From a virus (Duplodnaviria > Caudoviricetes), in IMG/VR virus record IMGVR_UViG_3300025429_000002, positions 1-45,620 of that record: a DNA stretch of 45,620 nt, one strand, 5' to 3'. The position numbers and the translations under genes were made by a program. Below, in pieces: positions 45,170 through 45,620 of the stretch. The notes beneath the pieces are model-generated. The model made no database searches. It saw nothing but the letters and a program-made list of their open reading frames with translations, and had not been told where the DNA came from. How positions within the stretch are numbered: position 1 is the first letter of the stretch; every line of letters begins with the position of its first letter.

Positions 45170-45620
45170 TTACTTTCTATATTGTGTAGGTGAGCCGCCT
45201 TCGTTATCTAGTTCACCAATACTAAAATCTATTTCAGCACAGTCTAGTCTTAATGGTTGATTATCGGTGCATAAAAACTCCCACGCCCTACGGCGAGCAG
45301 CACCTGTTTGATATATCTGAGAACGACCTTTATGTAAGTCTACGGTGCGATAAGGAGACCATGAAACATAGTCATTATCTGAATGACGTATATTCATAAT
45401 TGCTGAAACTTTGTCACCCACAATCTCAACACGGTTATAGAACTTACGCTTAGTAGTACCATTATCGATTAAGTCAGTAACAGCTCTGTAATAAATAGGT
45501 GCACCAGCATCATTATAATATGTATCGGACATTAAGTATAATGAACCATTGTCATCATCTAATACAAAGTATTGTGAACCGTAACCAGCAAAGAAGCTTG
45601 GTCTAAAGTATTGCTCTGCA
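45170..45620 (-). CDS. 3' part of the gp10-like protein that begins at 1568
   Basis: In frame across the circular junction; SDN..SWS..TG.ARRRAWE C-terminus. Confidence 0.85.
   Translation of the reverse strand, partial: AEQYFRPSFFAGYGSQYFVLDDDNGSLYLMSDTYYNDAGAPIYYRAVTDLIDNGTTKRKFYNRVEIVGDKVSAIMNIRHSDNDYVSWSPYRTVDLHKGRSQIYQTGAARRRAWEFLCTDNQPLRLDCAEIDFSIGELDNEGGSPTQYRK
45522..45620. repeat. Terminal overlap, copy 2
   Basis: Identical to 1-99. Confidence 0.97.

Noticed and set aside
45170-45532. Independent 120-aa gene
   Set aside because: It is the C-terminus of the gp10-like gene spanning the circular junction

Overview
The window is a complete, circularly permuted dsDNA podovirus-like phage genome of about 45,521 bp; bases 1-99 repeat exactly at 45522-45620, consistent with an assembly overlap. 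It has two divergent arms separated by a ~940-bp non-coding region (19580-20520). The minus arm encodes TerS, TerL, portal, a GroES-like protein, scaffold, an Endo VII/HNH nuclease, capsid proteins, three receptor-binding proteins, P22 gp4/gp10-like tail proteins (the gp10-like gene crosses the junction), a cupin-SET fusion, ejection proteins, a PurD-like ATP-grasp enzyme, a holin and a GH108 endolysin. The plus arm encodes many small early genes, a T7-like primase-helicase, PolA, SSB, exonucleases, a resolvase and a class II ribonucleotide reductase. I found no RNA polymerase, integrase or tRNA; consensus sigma70 promoters are present. The host is probably a Proteobacterium (inference). Main findings: (1) a dense array of host-protein binding sites ahead of the early genes (five SlmA-like boxes, three Fur boxes, an IHF site, two TGTTGT-N6-ACAACA palindromes); (2) a SET methyltransferase and a PurD-like ligase flanking the ejection genes; (3) a pseudoknotted candidate ncRNA; (4) RNA-structure controls in the capsid operon; (5) a small-gene cassette array with a repeated junction motif; (6) a small gene broken by two Gln-to-stop changes. 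All calls were made by eye; no searches were run.
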